Source: Microbotryum violaceum
Taxonomy: Eukaryota
Length of the DNA stretch: 64,000 bases
Assembly: GCA_001244265.2 (NCBI GenBank)
Contig: CDLV01000015.1
Span: 310,001 to 374,000 of the forward strand
Direction of reading: 5' to 3'
Below are positions 22,585 through 36,337 of the stretch, in pieces; position 1 is the stretch's first letter; the number at the start of each line of letters is the position of its first letter. The notes under the pieces were generated by a model that saw nothing but the letters and a program-made list of their open reading frames with translations, did not search any database and had not been told where the DNA came from. The position numbers and the translations under genes are program-made.

Positions 22585-25231
22585 CGTCGGGCCGGCGGCG
22601 CGGAGAGAAGCAGCTGAGCTAGCCGAGTACGAGGCTGGGCGAGCCGAGTCGAGCGATTTATCGAGTAAGGGTTTGAGGGACCGGCGGGGCTAAGCTGTAA
22701 GCCTGAGCTCGTCGAGAAGATGCAAGGAAAAGCAAGCGTGTGTAGAAAGCGAAGAAGGCAGCAACGAAAGCCCGCCAGCGTTTCGTCGTCCTGAGAGCGA
22801 AATAGCCATAAATCGCGCATCGACGTTAGCGCCATCGTCATGGCGGCTCGGCACCGGCCTTGCCGCGGCGCGCCGTGGGACCCCGCCCGCTCAGACGGCC
22901 GAATCGCCCGACGCCGGGGTCCGCAACTTCAGCTCACCCTGGCGCACGTCGTTGCATCGACTTACACACTACCACCTACGTCCGGCCGACTCGTTATGTC
23001 CCTTCAAATTAATTTCTTGATGGCCTGGCACACCTTAAATCTCGCGGTCAAGTTGACTCGGACCGGTATTCGTTTCGCAAATCCCGCTCGCAAAAGTCCC
23101 TCATCCCAAGCCCCTAGTTTTTTAGTCCGTATGTCATCAAGGCCCGGGCACCTTGGCATGCGTCATCGTTCACTTTGCTGCGTGCTGTTCTCGTTCCTTG
23201 GTCACCGAGAGCAATGTCGGACACATATTGTCGCCTTCTTGTCATTGGCTACACTGTTCCGGCTTAAATGCACGAGTTGGTGCCTCGGCTGGCGCTTCCT
23301 GGCAGACTGTCTGCGATGAGCAATTCCTGTCGGCCGAACAGGGGCGTCCCACATGTGACCCTGCTTTTCACGTCATCATCTGGTCTCGTATCGTCCGCTA
23401 AGAATAGGGAGTTCTGTAGTGGGATTGCATGAAGATAGTCCCTTGGGGCCTGATCGTGACTCGCCAACCGTCACTTCATATGCCTCTACGCTGATATGTC
23501 GATCCCGAACAAACCGGGCTCAGCTTTTTCTTCTTCATGGACCGGCAGTGCAGCGCGAAGCGCTATAACCTTCCAAGTCGAGTCATCATAATCATGTGAT
23601 GTTCGCTCAAAATTGATCCGCGCCAAGGTGTTCATGACTATGCCAAACTCTCGACGAAAATCCACATTTCAAAGGAAGAAAGTGGGGGCAGTCGACCTGA
23701 AGTGCCGTTCGACCCACCGTGTAGATCCCTTCGCCAACTGGGCGGGGGCATCCTCAGTTACTTCAACTCATGATCATCACCAACGTCAGCAATAAGATTC
23801 CGAGCTTACCTATCGAACGCACTGGGATATCAATCACTCTCCCCGGAGTTGAATCGATCTCACTTCCAGCTACATATCATCGGCGGATGTGGAACAGGGG
23901 CTTGCCATCGCGAGGCTCGCTCGAGGTCAATTTGGTTTTACGGTCGTCCAAGCCCCATACGCGCGCTAGGCACATCCTCTCCCGTCTATTCGCATCCAGT
24001 TCTTCCATGGTGTGCCACATCGTCCTAACACAGTGCGATGGAAACGCGTGCCACACCAAACGAAAGCGGAGGTGAGTATCACCACCAAAGGGTCGGGTGA
24101 GTTGAGCGCAGATGAAGATTAGGACGGTGAGTCAGTCAATATCGACGGTCCCGCACCGTTCGGGAGAAAACTGTGGGCGTTGTGGGGGCCGTATCGATCT
24201 CGTTAGGGTGGGCCTGGCGCACCTCAGGCCGCAGGGGCTGAAACCCGAAACATCGCGCTAGGGGTAATCTCTAGATCCCCATCTTAATCGCCTCAGCGCG
24301 CCGGTCTGAGACTTGCGCCAAGGTCCTAATCGTGCGTGTAAACTGGGTACAAGTATATCCAGGAAGAAGACTATCTAGGATACTGATCATTCTCCTTGTG
24401 TGTGAACATTCTTCTTGCGAATCAAGATTTTTGGCTCGGTTTGAGGGGCCAATCACTCAGCGCGCGCCGGCTGCCGGGATGCCACTCAGGGGCAAATAAG
24501 CAGTCCACTATGCAGGGCCTGGACCACATGTTGTTTCGCTTTATCTAAATGAAAAGACCCCGAACCTCGAGCCCTGTGCGCTGGCTTGCAATCTCATTGT
24601 TGTATCGCAGGATGCACTGGGACTTACCAGAGGTGACGTGACGCGTCGCGCCGCGTCGCGTCGTTCCCCGACTGACTGGTGAAACCCGCCCAAGCCGAAG
24701 CGGTCGAACTACACCGTGGTAAGTAAGAAAGTGCCTAGGCTACTTAGTTAGTAGTCAGTAATCACCCACGGAACGAGGTTCGTATAGCCGTGTTCAAGCT
24801 GAAGTCGGAGAGAGTCCAACTGCCACGGGTGGTCTGCGGGGGGGTCTCTGGAGTTATGTGGGGGAAGCCGATCGAGGCATTGTGAGGGCGGGCTCCGTGG
24901 CCCTGCTGCGCAGCGTCTCTTTTCACGAACCTTCGGCGATTGCTGCCGCCTGCTGGCACCTGCTGCAGGGGACTGCTCAGTGACCTCTCGTTTCAGAAAA
25001 GAAACACCTCGATCTGGTGCCGTCCAGTCCGGGCTACGTGGTAGGCAGTTCTTCTGCTCGTTGACCTGCGCTCTTCGACTACGACTTCGTGCTCGGACCT
25101 ACTCCACTTGTCACGGTCACGTGAGATTGACAATTGGCAGGCCAGGGAGCAGGCCAGGAATCTGGGTGGAGGGCTCGCGGCTCAGCACTCTCGTACCATA
25201 CGTCACAACTTGTCTTGCCACGGTGGTCGTC

Positions 25232-27578
25232 ATGCGTTCCCATTCGATCTGTTTGGCATTGCTGGTCGGGACAACGATGGCCAGTTATGGCGCAGTCTAC
25301 GATTCGTCTGCGGAGGCGAGCGCAGTACAGAGCCTCGCCGAGCAACCTTATCTTGGAGTCGGCGACGAAGCGATTCCTTCGACACCTTTCACGGGCGAAG
25401 AGTCGTTCTCGAATGGGGTACCCCTGGATGATTTTGGTTCAGTCGGAATGACCTGGGAAGACGGCAATTCTTTCGATCACGACAGTTCTGCAGGCGCAGC
25501 GGAGGACGACTCGTTCGAGAACCGTTTTATCCGAAGAGCTTTCAAGAAACGAGCCGTTTCGTCCACCTCGTCCCAAGCCGCCACCTCTGCCACCTCATCC
25601 CCAGTTGCCACCACGTCCACGAACACAAAGAGTACATTCACTTCGTCTTCGCATCGACAGTCTGCAAGCTCCTCATCCAGCCACTCGTCCACTCCTTCCG
25701 CAAGCAAGCGCCGCAGCATTAGCAGCCAAGCATCGTCGACCAACCGAACCGGGTCCAGCTCGAGTCGCTCGTCTACAACCTCAAGAACCTCGACGACATC
25801 ACGCACCACTAAGACTACAACCAAGACTACTCCAACAACGAAAACGGCAAATATCAAGGCGATGGCCACTAGTGAGCAAAGTTTCTGATCTTGACTCGTT
25901 GAGGCAGGTGAATTGATCAGAGCTTCCCACAAACTTTAGATACCTGTGCAAGTGGGTATGCGGGGTCTCATACCACAATTTCTGGAACAGGAACCTTGCC
26001 CAGGCCAACGACGTGGGTGAAGAGGAGTAGTCAACAGCTGACTTTGAACGGCAAAAACTTCCGTATGGTCGGCCCCAACATCTATTGTGAGTGCCAACAC
26101 CATTTCTGGCCACCCGGTATACTGTACTGAACCGGACCGGACCTCCTCAGGGCTTTGCAATGACGAAAATGTTGGCACCAGGGGCTACCCGACTGACAAG
26201 GGCCGAATCCGGGAAGCGCTGGCGATCGCCGTCGCGATGGGCGCGAACTCGATTCGTTTGACCACCTGCGGGGTCAGCGTCGGATCGAGGTACTTGCTCG
26301 AACCTACGCGCGGTCGGTTCGACTCCAGTGCTTGGGACATCCACGATTATGCTATTTTCGCCGCTGGTCGTTACGGACTCCGAGTCGTACTTCCTCTTGT
26401 TGACAAGTTGGGTCCCAGTCAAAGTTTTGACGCTCCGCATCCCACCGAGTACTAGAGAGTGCTGACGAACGGTGCCTTGTATATCAGCTACGCCTACTAC
26501 CATGGCGGCAAATACACCTTTTTGAAGTGGTTCGGCAGCAGTGAAAGCAACTTTGGCGCGAACTTCTATACCAATAAACACGTGGTCGACGAGTTCCGCA
26601 ATTACGTCACGACCGTCATGTCGCGCTACAACCCCTACACCAAGAAAGCGTACAAGGACGATCCGACGATTATGGCTTGGGAAACGGGTGAGCCATTCGC
26701 CTTCATAAACATAACGCTTCGGTGTGGGGTCGAAAGATCATATTGATCACTGTCCCCTGTTTTCATTGTGCGCAGGAAACGAGCTGGGAGGTTACATGGG
26801 CAACGACGGCTACCCACCCTACGCATGGACCAACTCCATCGCAGGCCTCATCAAGAGTCTCTCCCCTAAATCTCTCGTCATCGACGGAACGGACGGGATC
26901 TACAACTCTTCCACCAAGGCCGTCGCTCCGGGCGGAGGATCCAAGTACGTCGACATCGTTACCGACCACGCATACCCGCGCTCATATGCGCTCATCAAGT
27001 CCGAAATCCCAATTGCGAGAAAGTTCAAAAAGAACCTCTTGATCGGAGGTGAGGAACCATCTTGGACCCCTGTTGAGCTCGAGTGAGGCGTTACGGACAA
27101 AATTGGTCTCACACTGGTCCTCTCGAACTTTCGATCCGCCAGAATTCGACTGGACGGGTAACAAAGGTGGCGACGACCTTGCTGGATACCTGAGGAACGT
27201 CCTCAGTCAATCCACGATGGGTTTGATGGTGTGGAGCGTCTTCGGACGTGATGCCAGGTGCTGCAACTACGTCACGCACAACGACGGCTACTCGATCTAT
27301 TACCCGAATGGGAACAGTGTTGCCGATCAAGCGAGGGTGCTGGCGGTTTCGCAGTTCGTAAGTTGGTCGAGTTGGGGTTCATACCGGATGATGAGGAATG
27401 GCGGCTGATCTAGAACTCCGGCCTTTGCTTGAGAAGTTTTATCGGTAGGTCCGAGGAGGTGAAAGAGGCAGAGAAATTTGGTGTTCGTCGAGCTGATCTT
27501 CTCGTCACGCACAGGGCAACGGGTCGGAGCGTTCCTCGTACCTTGGTTGGTGTGGCTTGTCCTCAGCCCGTGTTCTAG
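25232..27578 (+). CDS. Secreted GH5 glycoside hydrolase (beta-mannanase-like) with long Ser/Thr-rich N-terminal region
   Basis: Signal-peptide-like MRSHSICLALLVG; LNGKNFRMVGPNIY; YKDDPTIMAWETG/NEL (acid/base); IG/EFDWT (nucleophile). Confidence 0.87.
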
Positions 27579-28084
27579 GCGAACATCATGTCGCTGCCCG
27601 GTGCATCGACCCCCGTTCCGACCGCCACCCACAGTGCTCCTTAGGCGAGACATACCTGCTCCGATGTACGATCAGTATACCCTAATCTGTTTCTTGTTGT
27701 ATCATACCCTCGTCTTGTCCCTTTCGATCCATAGACGCCGTATTTATACTCATGTTATAGACACACCTCGATTGAATCACCTGCCCCGTCCCGCCGTACC
27801 TGCAGTGGAGACTTGACAGGATCGGAGCGAAGGCCCCTCTGCAGAGCTCGAGGCAGTACCAGATGGACGCTAGAGCTGCCTTCAAGGACCATAGGTATGC
27901 ACCGACCTCGTCCAGTCGGGCAAAGAGGTTATCGAACAGATTGCGTTCACAGCGCTTGGACGGACCATCCCTCGAGTCCCACCTCTCGGATCGACCACGC
28001 TCACATTGTCTTCGGTGTACCAGTAACCACGAATCGGAATTCCAAAACCTGTCTACACTCCTACACGAACGGTCCCTTGCGAAG

Positions 28085-28763
28085 CTAGGTCGATGGTTGT
28101 GCCTCTTCCGATCGTTGCAACAGCCCCAAGCCCAAAATCCCACTGTCGGTCGTCGTCTCAATCTCTTTCCGCTTCTGATCCAACTCGACCTTGGTCTTGG
28201 TCAGGTACTGCGACTTGATCTTCATAGCCCTCGAAATCTGTGTAGTTGTGGGGAAGAGAAAGACATGCCAAGAAGGTGGTGATGAGCATGGGTAAAGAGG
28301 AAGCACTTATGGTTCGGAGGTCTCGAACGAACCTCTTTTGTGCGATGCAAGCATTCTAAGTAGTCCTCCTTGGGTTGAATGCATTCGTGCAGCATGTCGG
28401 CTTTGGAATAGCAAGCCGAGAAGTCTAAAGTACACCATGTCACGGTCAGTGATAGTGCTCGGTGCTGGAAGCTTCGCCGTCATTGCGGTGTCTGGCCTCC
28501 CAGCACCCCACCACTCTCTGTCCCTCGTCCGACTTGAATCGCAGACGCACCTTGCCAGAATGCGAAGCATCGAGATCGTCCTCCTGCGTAACCGAATCCT
28601 GACTGTGATCGTGTGAGGAGGTGAGGCGAGACGTAACAGGAGAGAGGCGGTCGAATGGCGGAGCGGCGGCACGACAGTCGACAAGATCAGGGGATACAAG
28701 CGAGTTGAGTCAAGGTCAGTACAGGGGTCGAGAGTAACTCATATGGGAGGTACGTACTGCCAT
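28085..28763 (-). CDS. NDUFS5: Complex I 15-kDa subunit NDUFS5 (twin CX9C)
   Basis: MA / SGFGYAGGRSRCFAFWQ / DFSACYSKADMLHECIQPKEDYLECLHRTKE / ISRA... Confidence 0.88.
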
Positions 28764-29128
28764 GTTGTAAGGGTCGGTGTAGTGGGTGTGGGACGGATGG
28801 GCAAGGTGCGAAGTGAGCCCGCGCGGCCACTCGCAATACCGCAAGTGTCGATTAGTCCCGATGGCAATTGTGCATTAGCAAACAAGCTCCTCAGCGCCAA
28901 GCTGGCCAAGCTCGCACTGCACGGAATCCGGCTTGGTTAGCGGACAACGATCTCGAGCACAGCATCTATTCTCCTACACGACTCGACCGCGCACACTCGC
29001 ACGACAAGGCACACGATCGGTTCAGCTTGACCAGTCGATTCTACGCGTTCACGCTCTTGTAGCATCGCTCTTGGCATCCTCCTATCCCGGCAACTTCCCA
29101 CAAGTTCACGCAACCTTTCCTCACGAGA

Positions 29129-30137
29129 ATGAGGCCCAGCACCGCATGGTCCGCAGTAGCGCTGTGTGCGCTGTGTATAGTCCAACTCGTCGCAGCTCAG
29201 AGCGCCGTCACGACCACTGTTGCAAATGGAGAGTAAGTTAAATCGACGACACACGTCCTCGGCTCGGTTGGTGGCTCTTTCCCCTTTCCGCAGTCTGGAC
29301 GAAACAAGCCCCGACCGCTCTCCGGGGAAGCGGGAGCAGAGTGGGTCGATCCTGGCGCATAGGCTGACCCTCCTCCTTTGATGGGATGCGACCGCGTCTT
29401 CCGCAGTGGCACAGGGACGGTCGAAGTTCTCTACGAAGATTCCGACGGTGATGTTACTTCGACGAGCATCCTGAGCACCATCACCATCACCACCGCCACC
29501 ACCACCATCGCGAACCAAGGCCAGGCCGCGCCGACGACCCTGTGCACAACCGACGGCTGCTCCGCCTTACCCAGTAAATTCGAACAATCGATCGAGCGTG
29601 ATGAAACACACAGTGTATTACTTGACTGAACACTCCTTATGGGTTGGTCCCATCTCCGCAGCCACCTATACCGTTGCGACGACGATCAAGTGAGTTTCTT
29701 TTTGGGCCGTCTAGGGGCTCGCCGAGGCGCAAGCGGAACAAGCGATGCATCGCAAACTTGACCGCATGCAGATATTGACGAAAGTGATCTTTTTTTACGT
29801 GTGCAGTGGCGTCGCTACACAAATTATCGCGACGTGGTATGCCTCCACACCCGAGACCGCAATCCCGACCTGGACTTCGTCGGGTTCGATCGAGGCGCTT
29901 GCTTCTTGTCAGTCCTGTGTTGGTCCAGAACGGTTTCCTGACGATGGGTAGATTGATCGGAACCCAAACCCATCCTTGCGTATCCTAATAGATATCACCA
30001 CTACAATCACCGTCAAGGGCGGTAGCACGAGTTCTGGCTCGTCGCCCTCGTCGAGCCCATGGTCCGTCAGCGAAAAGACGGTCGTGGTTCTCGGTGCGAT
30101 CTTTGCAGGCGTCTTTGGAGCGGCCATCGTCTTGTGA
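29129..30137 (+). CDS. Small secreted Thr/Ser-rich, probably GPI-anchored protein
   Basis: Signal peptide MRPSTAWSAVALCALCIVQLVAAQ; Thr-rich exons; hydrophobic end VVVLGAIFAGVFGAAIVL*. Confidence 0.7.
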
Positions 30138-30628
30138 TCGCGCACCCCTCGACCATGATGACGTTTCCGTATTTCTTTTGTTCCCGTTCCACGACCTAGA
30201 AGGCGTCTTTGCGGGGAGTGGTCACGTGACCCTGCCCTCTCGGACCTTTACGACTTTTTTGTACTAGTTACTTCCAATGGCCCACTGCATCCACCCTCTG
30301 AATAGACACTTTTGGTCCCTTTTTATTCACTATACTATGCTTTTTACTTTATTTGGCTCAGCTGTTCCTCACTGTCTTTGTAACACTGATCTTAATGCGC
30401 ACCTGCACTCGCACCATCTTTCGGTGATTGAATGATGTCAGATCACGGGGGGCGTGCACGGACCCGGCCCACCTTTGGAGTCGGCACGTCTTCGCAAGCG
30501 TCTCACTCACTCCGGCATCGTCGTCTCTTGACGACCAGCAGCACCCGGTACCCCCTCTCTAGCTCTGTCCAAGCGAAAACTCTACCCCAACACCCAATCC
30601 AGACGCTTTTGAGCCCCCCGACGACAAG

Positions 30629-32309
30629 ATGCCGACCGTCGTGGATGAGACGTATTACAAGCTGCTCAAAGTCTCGTCGTCCGCGTCCGGCGACGAAATT
30701 CGGAAAGCGTATCGCAAGCTCTCGTTGATTCATCACCCCGATCGACAAGCCGCCAAAGTCGATGAGAAAGGGAACCCGATCCCCGTTAATCATAGTCAAT
30801 TTCAGGAGATTCAACAGGCTTACGAATGCCTTTCGGATCCGGAGAAGAGGGACGAGTATGATCGCTATGGAAAGAACGGTGGGGGCCGATCGGGGGGAAT
30901 GCCGGATATGGATGATCTGTTCGAGCATATGTTTGGTGGTGGTCGTGGTGGTCGTGGGATGCCTCGAGGTGGTGGTGGAGGAGGACCGAATGGACAACGG
31001 CAGAAGAAGCCCCAGCCCGCTCGTTCGTCCCAAGTCGAATTGGCCATCTCGATGGAGGACTGTTACAACGGAGCGCAAAAGACGATCCAAGTCGAGAGGG
31101 TTCGCAAGTGCGTGACCTGTAAAGGGTATGTTGGCACCCGCTCTCGGTCGCTTGGTTCTGCTCCCGAGGCCACACGTGACTGATCTCTTATGGGCCTCCA
31201 CTCCTCTCAGCTCCGGCGCAAGACCCAATACGAAACGCCGCCAGTGCGCGACGTGCAAAGGGTCGGGTATCTCGTACGCCATGCGTGTCGCCGGTCCGTT
31301 CATGACGAGGCAAGAGATCGACTGCCCGGACTGTGATGGCCAAGGCTATAGGATTCGAGCACAAGATGCGTAAGTCACGAACTTTGAAGTGCCGTTTGAA
31401 ATCTCGTTGGGCTGGATCAACGGTGGGCCCGTAATTTTCCTTACGCGTCTTCTCGAGATCCTTGCTCACAGTTGCAGAAAGTGCCATGGAAAGAAGACCA
31501 CTTTGGAAAAAGTCAGAAAGACTTTCGATGTCGAGCGAGGCATGACCCCCGGTGACAAGATCGTACTCAGAGGCGAGGGCGATGAATCGGTAGGTGATTG
31601 AACATTAGCGGGCGATCGGTCTAATACCAACTGCGCTAACTATTATTGTTCACTCTGCATCACAGCCCGACTCGTCAGCCCCAGGGAACCTGATCATCTT
31701 CCTCACCCCTATCGCTCACCCTACCTTCAAGTTGTCCCCACCGACCTACACGCACGCCCCCCACAATCTCACCACCAAACTCTCACTGACCTTGTCCGAA
31801 TCGATCCTCGGATTCCATCGTCTTATCATCCAACACCTTGACGGACGTGGTCTGGTTGTACACCAACCTGCGCCTGGTGAAAAAGGCTGGCGCGTGCTCA
31901 AATCGGGCGACAAGGTACTCGTCAAGGGGGAAGGCATGTGGAAGCAAGGTGAGGTCGGCGACTTGGTGCTCGAGATCGAAGTTGAGATGCCCGACGAGGC
32001 GTGGGCGATGAAGATTCGGGATGAGAAGAGGGCGTTGGATGATTTGGAGAGGTTGTTGCCGAACAAGAGGCAGGATGTCGAACATCCTCAGAACACGAAA
32101 GAGGTCAAGTTGGCCGAGTATGTCGAGGGTACTAGGGTGAGTTTGTGTCTCATCCTTCTCGTGGTAAGACTACTTCATGGACCACTGGTGCTGGGCTTGT
32201 GAAATGCGTGCAGGCTAGATCCACTGGGGGGTACCGTCGTGCGACCGAGTCGGACGAAGACGAGGACGAGGACGAGGACGAATTCGGACCCTCGTGCCAC
32301 CAACAATAA
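30629..32309 (+). CDS. Type I DnaJ (Ydj1/Xdj1-like)
   Basis: J domain with HPD, G/F-rich region, four CxxCxG repeats, C-terminal CaaX-like CHQQ*. Confidence 0.92.
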
Positions 32310-32949
32310 TCGCAACCCTTTCAGGCGCCGAACACCTTTTAAACAGAAGAGTATACATCGCATCAAATTAGCAGTCAGCAACCAAGCAGTTACAGCAGCA
32401 AAGAAGGAGTCGCTACCACAGCAACAGGGAAGCATCCTGGACGCTTCTAATCACCAATCTTCTTCCCCTCTTCAAAGTAGTCCCTTGTTGTAGATGTCTC
32501 TCCGGGTAGGCTACCTTCAACATCAATTTACAACATGGCTGAAAGCGGGAATGAACCTGGGTCGGAGTTGAGCGGGGTCACCCAAAAACCTGCCGGAACG
32601 GAGCTTTCTTGGCACCCCGAGTTTCGGCACACCAAGAGTGGCTCCCTGCTGGAGTCGAAGTTAGGGGCTGCCACACACAAGTTCGCCAGCAACTTCGCCC
32701 GATTTTATCGTCTAAAGGGTTGTGATTGAGCAGCGACGCTACATTTCAAGGGTGTGCTGTCCGCTTACTCGGCGACACGGCGATGAACTCCTTGCGATTG
32801 TCCGCGATTACCTGTGGCACCTCTTGCCTTCACGCTTTCCTCGACTCGACTTCGCTGCCCCCCCGCCAATTCGTAACGATCTCCCACATTGTTCAACTTT
32901 CGCCCAAAACGGCTTCCGACGAACTGATATCATTCGACCACCAGAAAGA

Positions 32950-35747
32950 ATGTTATCCAGTACCAAGTCGCACGAGTCGTCCTCCGCCGAAGGCGGAACC
33001 CAGGCCAACAAGCCCTATGCCGCCGACGTGAGCCACGCGCAAACCGAGGTCGATGTGCGCTCTGTGGCTGGATCGGACGAGGCCGAGTTGGCGAGGATGG
33101 GCTACAGGCAAGAGTTCAAGCGTGAATTTACCAACCTGTCGGTAAGTTTCTGGGCTGAGCTTGAAGCGAAGGGATTCGTCGAGCTGCTGGGAGTGGCGGC
33201 AGGTGGCGGCCCGCCGTAGCTGCGAAGAGGGTTGCCGCGACTGGCCGGCCAGTAAACCACCACGTCCCACACCCACCGATTAACGTCGATTGCGATTGCG
33301 ACCCGAGAGCTGACCATCCTCGCTTGATGCATTGCTGTCGTTGTACTACTGCACTATGGACGATTATAGACCATCTCGTTCGCTTTCTCCATCATGGGTG
33401 TAGCCAGTTCGGTCGCGACGACCTTCGTGAGTACCGCGATCGCACAGTCGCCGCTGGCTCGCTCACTGCGCCGCGGGCCCAGGCCGGGGTCGTGCCCACC
33501 ACCGGAACCCCAAAACACTGACTGCCAGTTGCCCGGGTCGAACGACCTCCGCAGAACACACCCTTCTTACTCGGTGGCCCTTCCTCTGGTGGGTAATCTG
33601 AGCAGCATGTCGTTGCAAAAGCGTTGCTGATCGGAGCTGACGTGAATCCTCCTCTTGCCCTCTTCTCAGTCGTCTGGTGTTGGTTCCTCGTAGGTTGCCC
33701 GTTCCCACCACTTCGGGCCGTCGACGCTCGCGCTTCCGACACGCTCCGACAGGGGGCAAGCGCGCGCGCGAGCGTCTCCGGCGACAGGCAAACGCCGCAT
33801 CGTGTGCGTGGGAGGTACTGACCCGTGCAACTTTGTTTCCAACAGGGATCGTTCATGTGTTTCTGCCTCGGTACCTCGATTGCGGGTCAGTACCTTTATG
33901 TTTACTTCCCCCGTCGATACGTGCGATCTGGTTGACAGGCTATAGTATTGCTGTTCGTATCTAGAAATCGTGTCTGCTTGTGAGCAGCATCTCGGGTGCA
34001 AACCTTCAATGTGGCAAGGATGGCTGACACCCATCGAATGATCGCAGACCCTACGAACGGTGGTCTCTATTCGGCTTCGGCGTACCTCGTCCCCGCAAGT
34101 ACAAGGCCATCACCGGATGGGTTGTCGGATGGTCAGTCGCCGCCTAGGCTGAATGAGGCTTGCTCAGCGCCCTTTCTGTGGCGCTGACAACCTCTGGGTG
34201 GTCTCCCACAGGCTCAACTTGCTCGGACAGGTTGCGGGTGTGGCCTCGACTGAGTACGGTCTCGCCCAGATGATCCTTTCGGCGGCCTCGCTCTCGACCG
34301 AAGGCCGTTTCGTCGCCACGACCGCACAGACGTACGCCGTCTTCCTCGGTCTCCTCATCATCCACGGTCTCATCAACTCGGCCGGAACTCGTTTCCTCGC
34401 CAAGGTGACGCAGACCTTCGTTTTCTGCAACCTTGGTTCGTGCTTGGCTATCATCATCGCCTTGCTCGTTACGACCAAGGAGAAGCACACAGCGTCGTAC
34501 GTCTTCACGTCGACGATCAACGGCTCGGGATGGTCGTCGCAGGGCCTCGTCTTCTTGTTGGGCTTGTTGTCGGTGCAATGGACCATGACCGACTACGACG
34601 CGACGGCGCACATTTCGGAGGAGGTCAAGAGGGCTTCGATCGCTGCCCCGGTCGCCATCTTCGTTGCCGTCATCGGCACTGGTATCGTTGGGTACGTCGC
34701 TTAACGCTCCAACCAATGCTTTTTTCTTCGTGCTGGCCTGATCTTCTCGCCTCGTTCACAGATGGATCTACAACGTCGTCTACGTGCTCTGCTCCGGCGA
34801 CATCTCTCGCTTCGATGGCTCGATCTACGCCCCCGCTCAGATCATCTTTGACAACGTCGGCCCCCGCGGCTTCTATGCACTGTGGACGTTTGTCTGCCTG
34901 ACCGCCTTCCAAGTCGTTGCGACCGCCATGCAAGCCAACGCGCGCACCTTCCACGCCTTCTCTCGCGACCACGGTCTTCCCGACCGCGGATTGTTCGCGC
35001 GCTTGTCGAAGCAACGCATTCCCGTCTTCAGTGTCTGGCTCGTCGCCTTCATTTCGGCTTTGATGGTCTTGCTCTCGTTCGCCTCGATCGTGGCCGTCTC
35101 CGCCGTCTTTGCGTTATGCGCGATGGCCTTGGACACGTCGTACGTTATCCCCATCGCCCTCAAGATGTGGTTCCGTGACCACCCGAGGTCAACTACAAGC
35201 CCGGACCTTTCGACCTTGGCCGAGGGCCGCTCATGTACATCGTCAACTTGATCGCTATCTTGTGAGTGTCCTTCTGAAGGAATACGGGATGTGCTCGACA
35301 CAGAGATCGTTGCAGCTGGACCATTATCGACTGATTGCTCCTCCTGTATACGTTCTCGCTAGCTGGACCACCTTTGTTGTGATCATTCTGGCCCTTCCTA
35401 CCATCATGCCCGTCACGGCGGCGAACATGAACTACGCTTCTGCCGTCACTGGTTCGTCATCGGTTTACTAGCATGGGAGGTGCGCGATGGCTGGCTGACG
35501 ACAGATTCGATTCGCGTTTCACAGGTGGTGTCATGATCCTCAGTCTCATTTGGTACTTTGCTGGTGGTCGCAAGCACTACGTGAGTCTCCGGTTTGTGGG
35601 TTACTACGCTGTGACGAATGCTCACGCTGCCCCCGCGCCTCTGTTCGACTACCGCAGACCGGCCCACGCAACCTCATCCAAGAAGAACTCGAGCATGCGC
35701 ACGGCACCGTCAACGGTACCGAATACACCAATGAGCACAAGGTCTAA
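32950..35747 (+). CDS. APC-family amino acid/GABA/polyamine permease (UGA4-like); many short exons, two single-C deletions
   Basis: LARMGYRQEFKREF, ISFAFSIMG, EIVSAYPTNGGLY, WTMTDYDATAHISEE, FSRDHGLP, NMNYASA. Confidence 0.9.
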
Positions 35748-36337
35748 ATGGCCTGGGCGGTCCTGCGCCACCCCGCAGGCCCGAACCAGCGGGACGGCGC
35801 GCTTCTTACTAATTTTAATAAAGCGACCGGCAGCCATCCTGGCTCACGCTTCCCTGTTTAATTGTTTTCGATCGACCATATCGATTGCGTGCCCGCCTCT
35901 CTTTCCTTGTTCCCCTTCACTTGAATGTCCGGTTTCAACATTTATCGGATGCGCCTTCGGTTTCACACTCTTTTCTTGGGTGGTTCGATCGTCCTCACGT
36001 CGTTGCTCTGCATTTTTTGGCTTGGTCTTCTCTCTCTCTGTGTATTTATTTTGTTTTCCCCCCTTCCATCTGTGTGTGCGTCCGACTCAACTCGGGAGTT
36101 TCTAGTTTTTTTTTAAGCTTCATATACAAGCCTGTACAAACATAAAATAGCCGTGCAAGCCAGCGTTCTACTTTGTCGACTCACAGCGCGGCTTTGACCA
36201 GATCTAGAGATGTCAAAATCACTTGCGCGCGCGCCTCGGCCGATCGACAAGCGAAGCGTCATCGCCTTCAATCCTCCTCCGTCATCGTCGTCGTCGCCGA
36301 CGCATCCCAAATTCCCAAACCCTACCAAACACTCACC

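Noticed and set aside
22585-25231. Iron-responsive GATA boxes upstream of sid1
   Set aside because: Only about two scattered GATAA matches were noticed in 2.6 kb, no more than chance
32950-35747. Permease as a pseudogene
   Set aside because: Both shifts are single-C losses in C-runs matching the window-wide error pattern, and motifs and splice sites are intact
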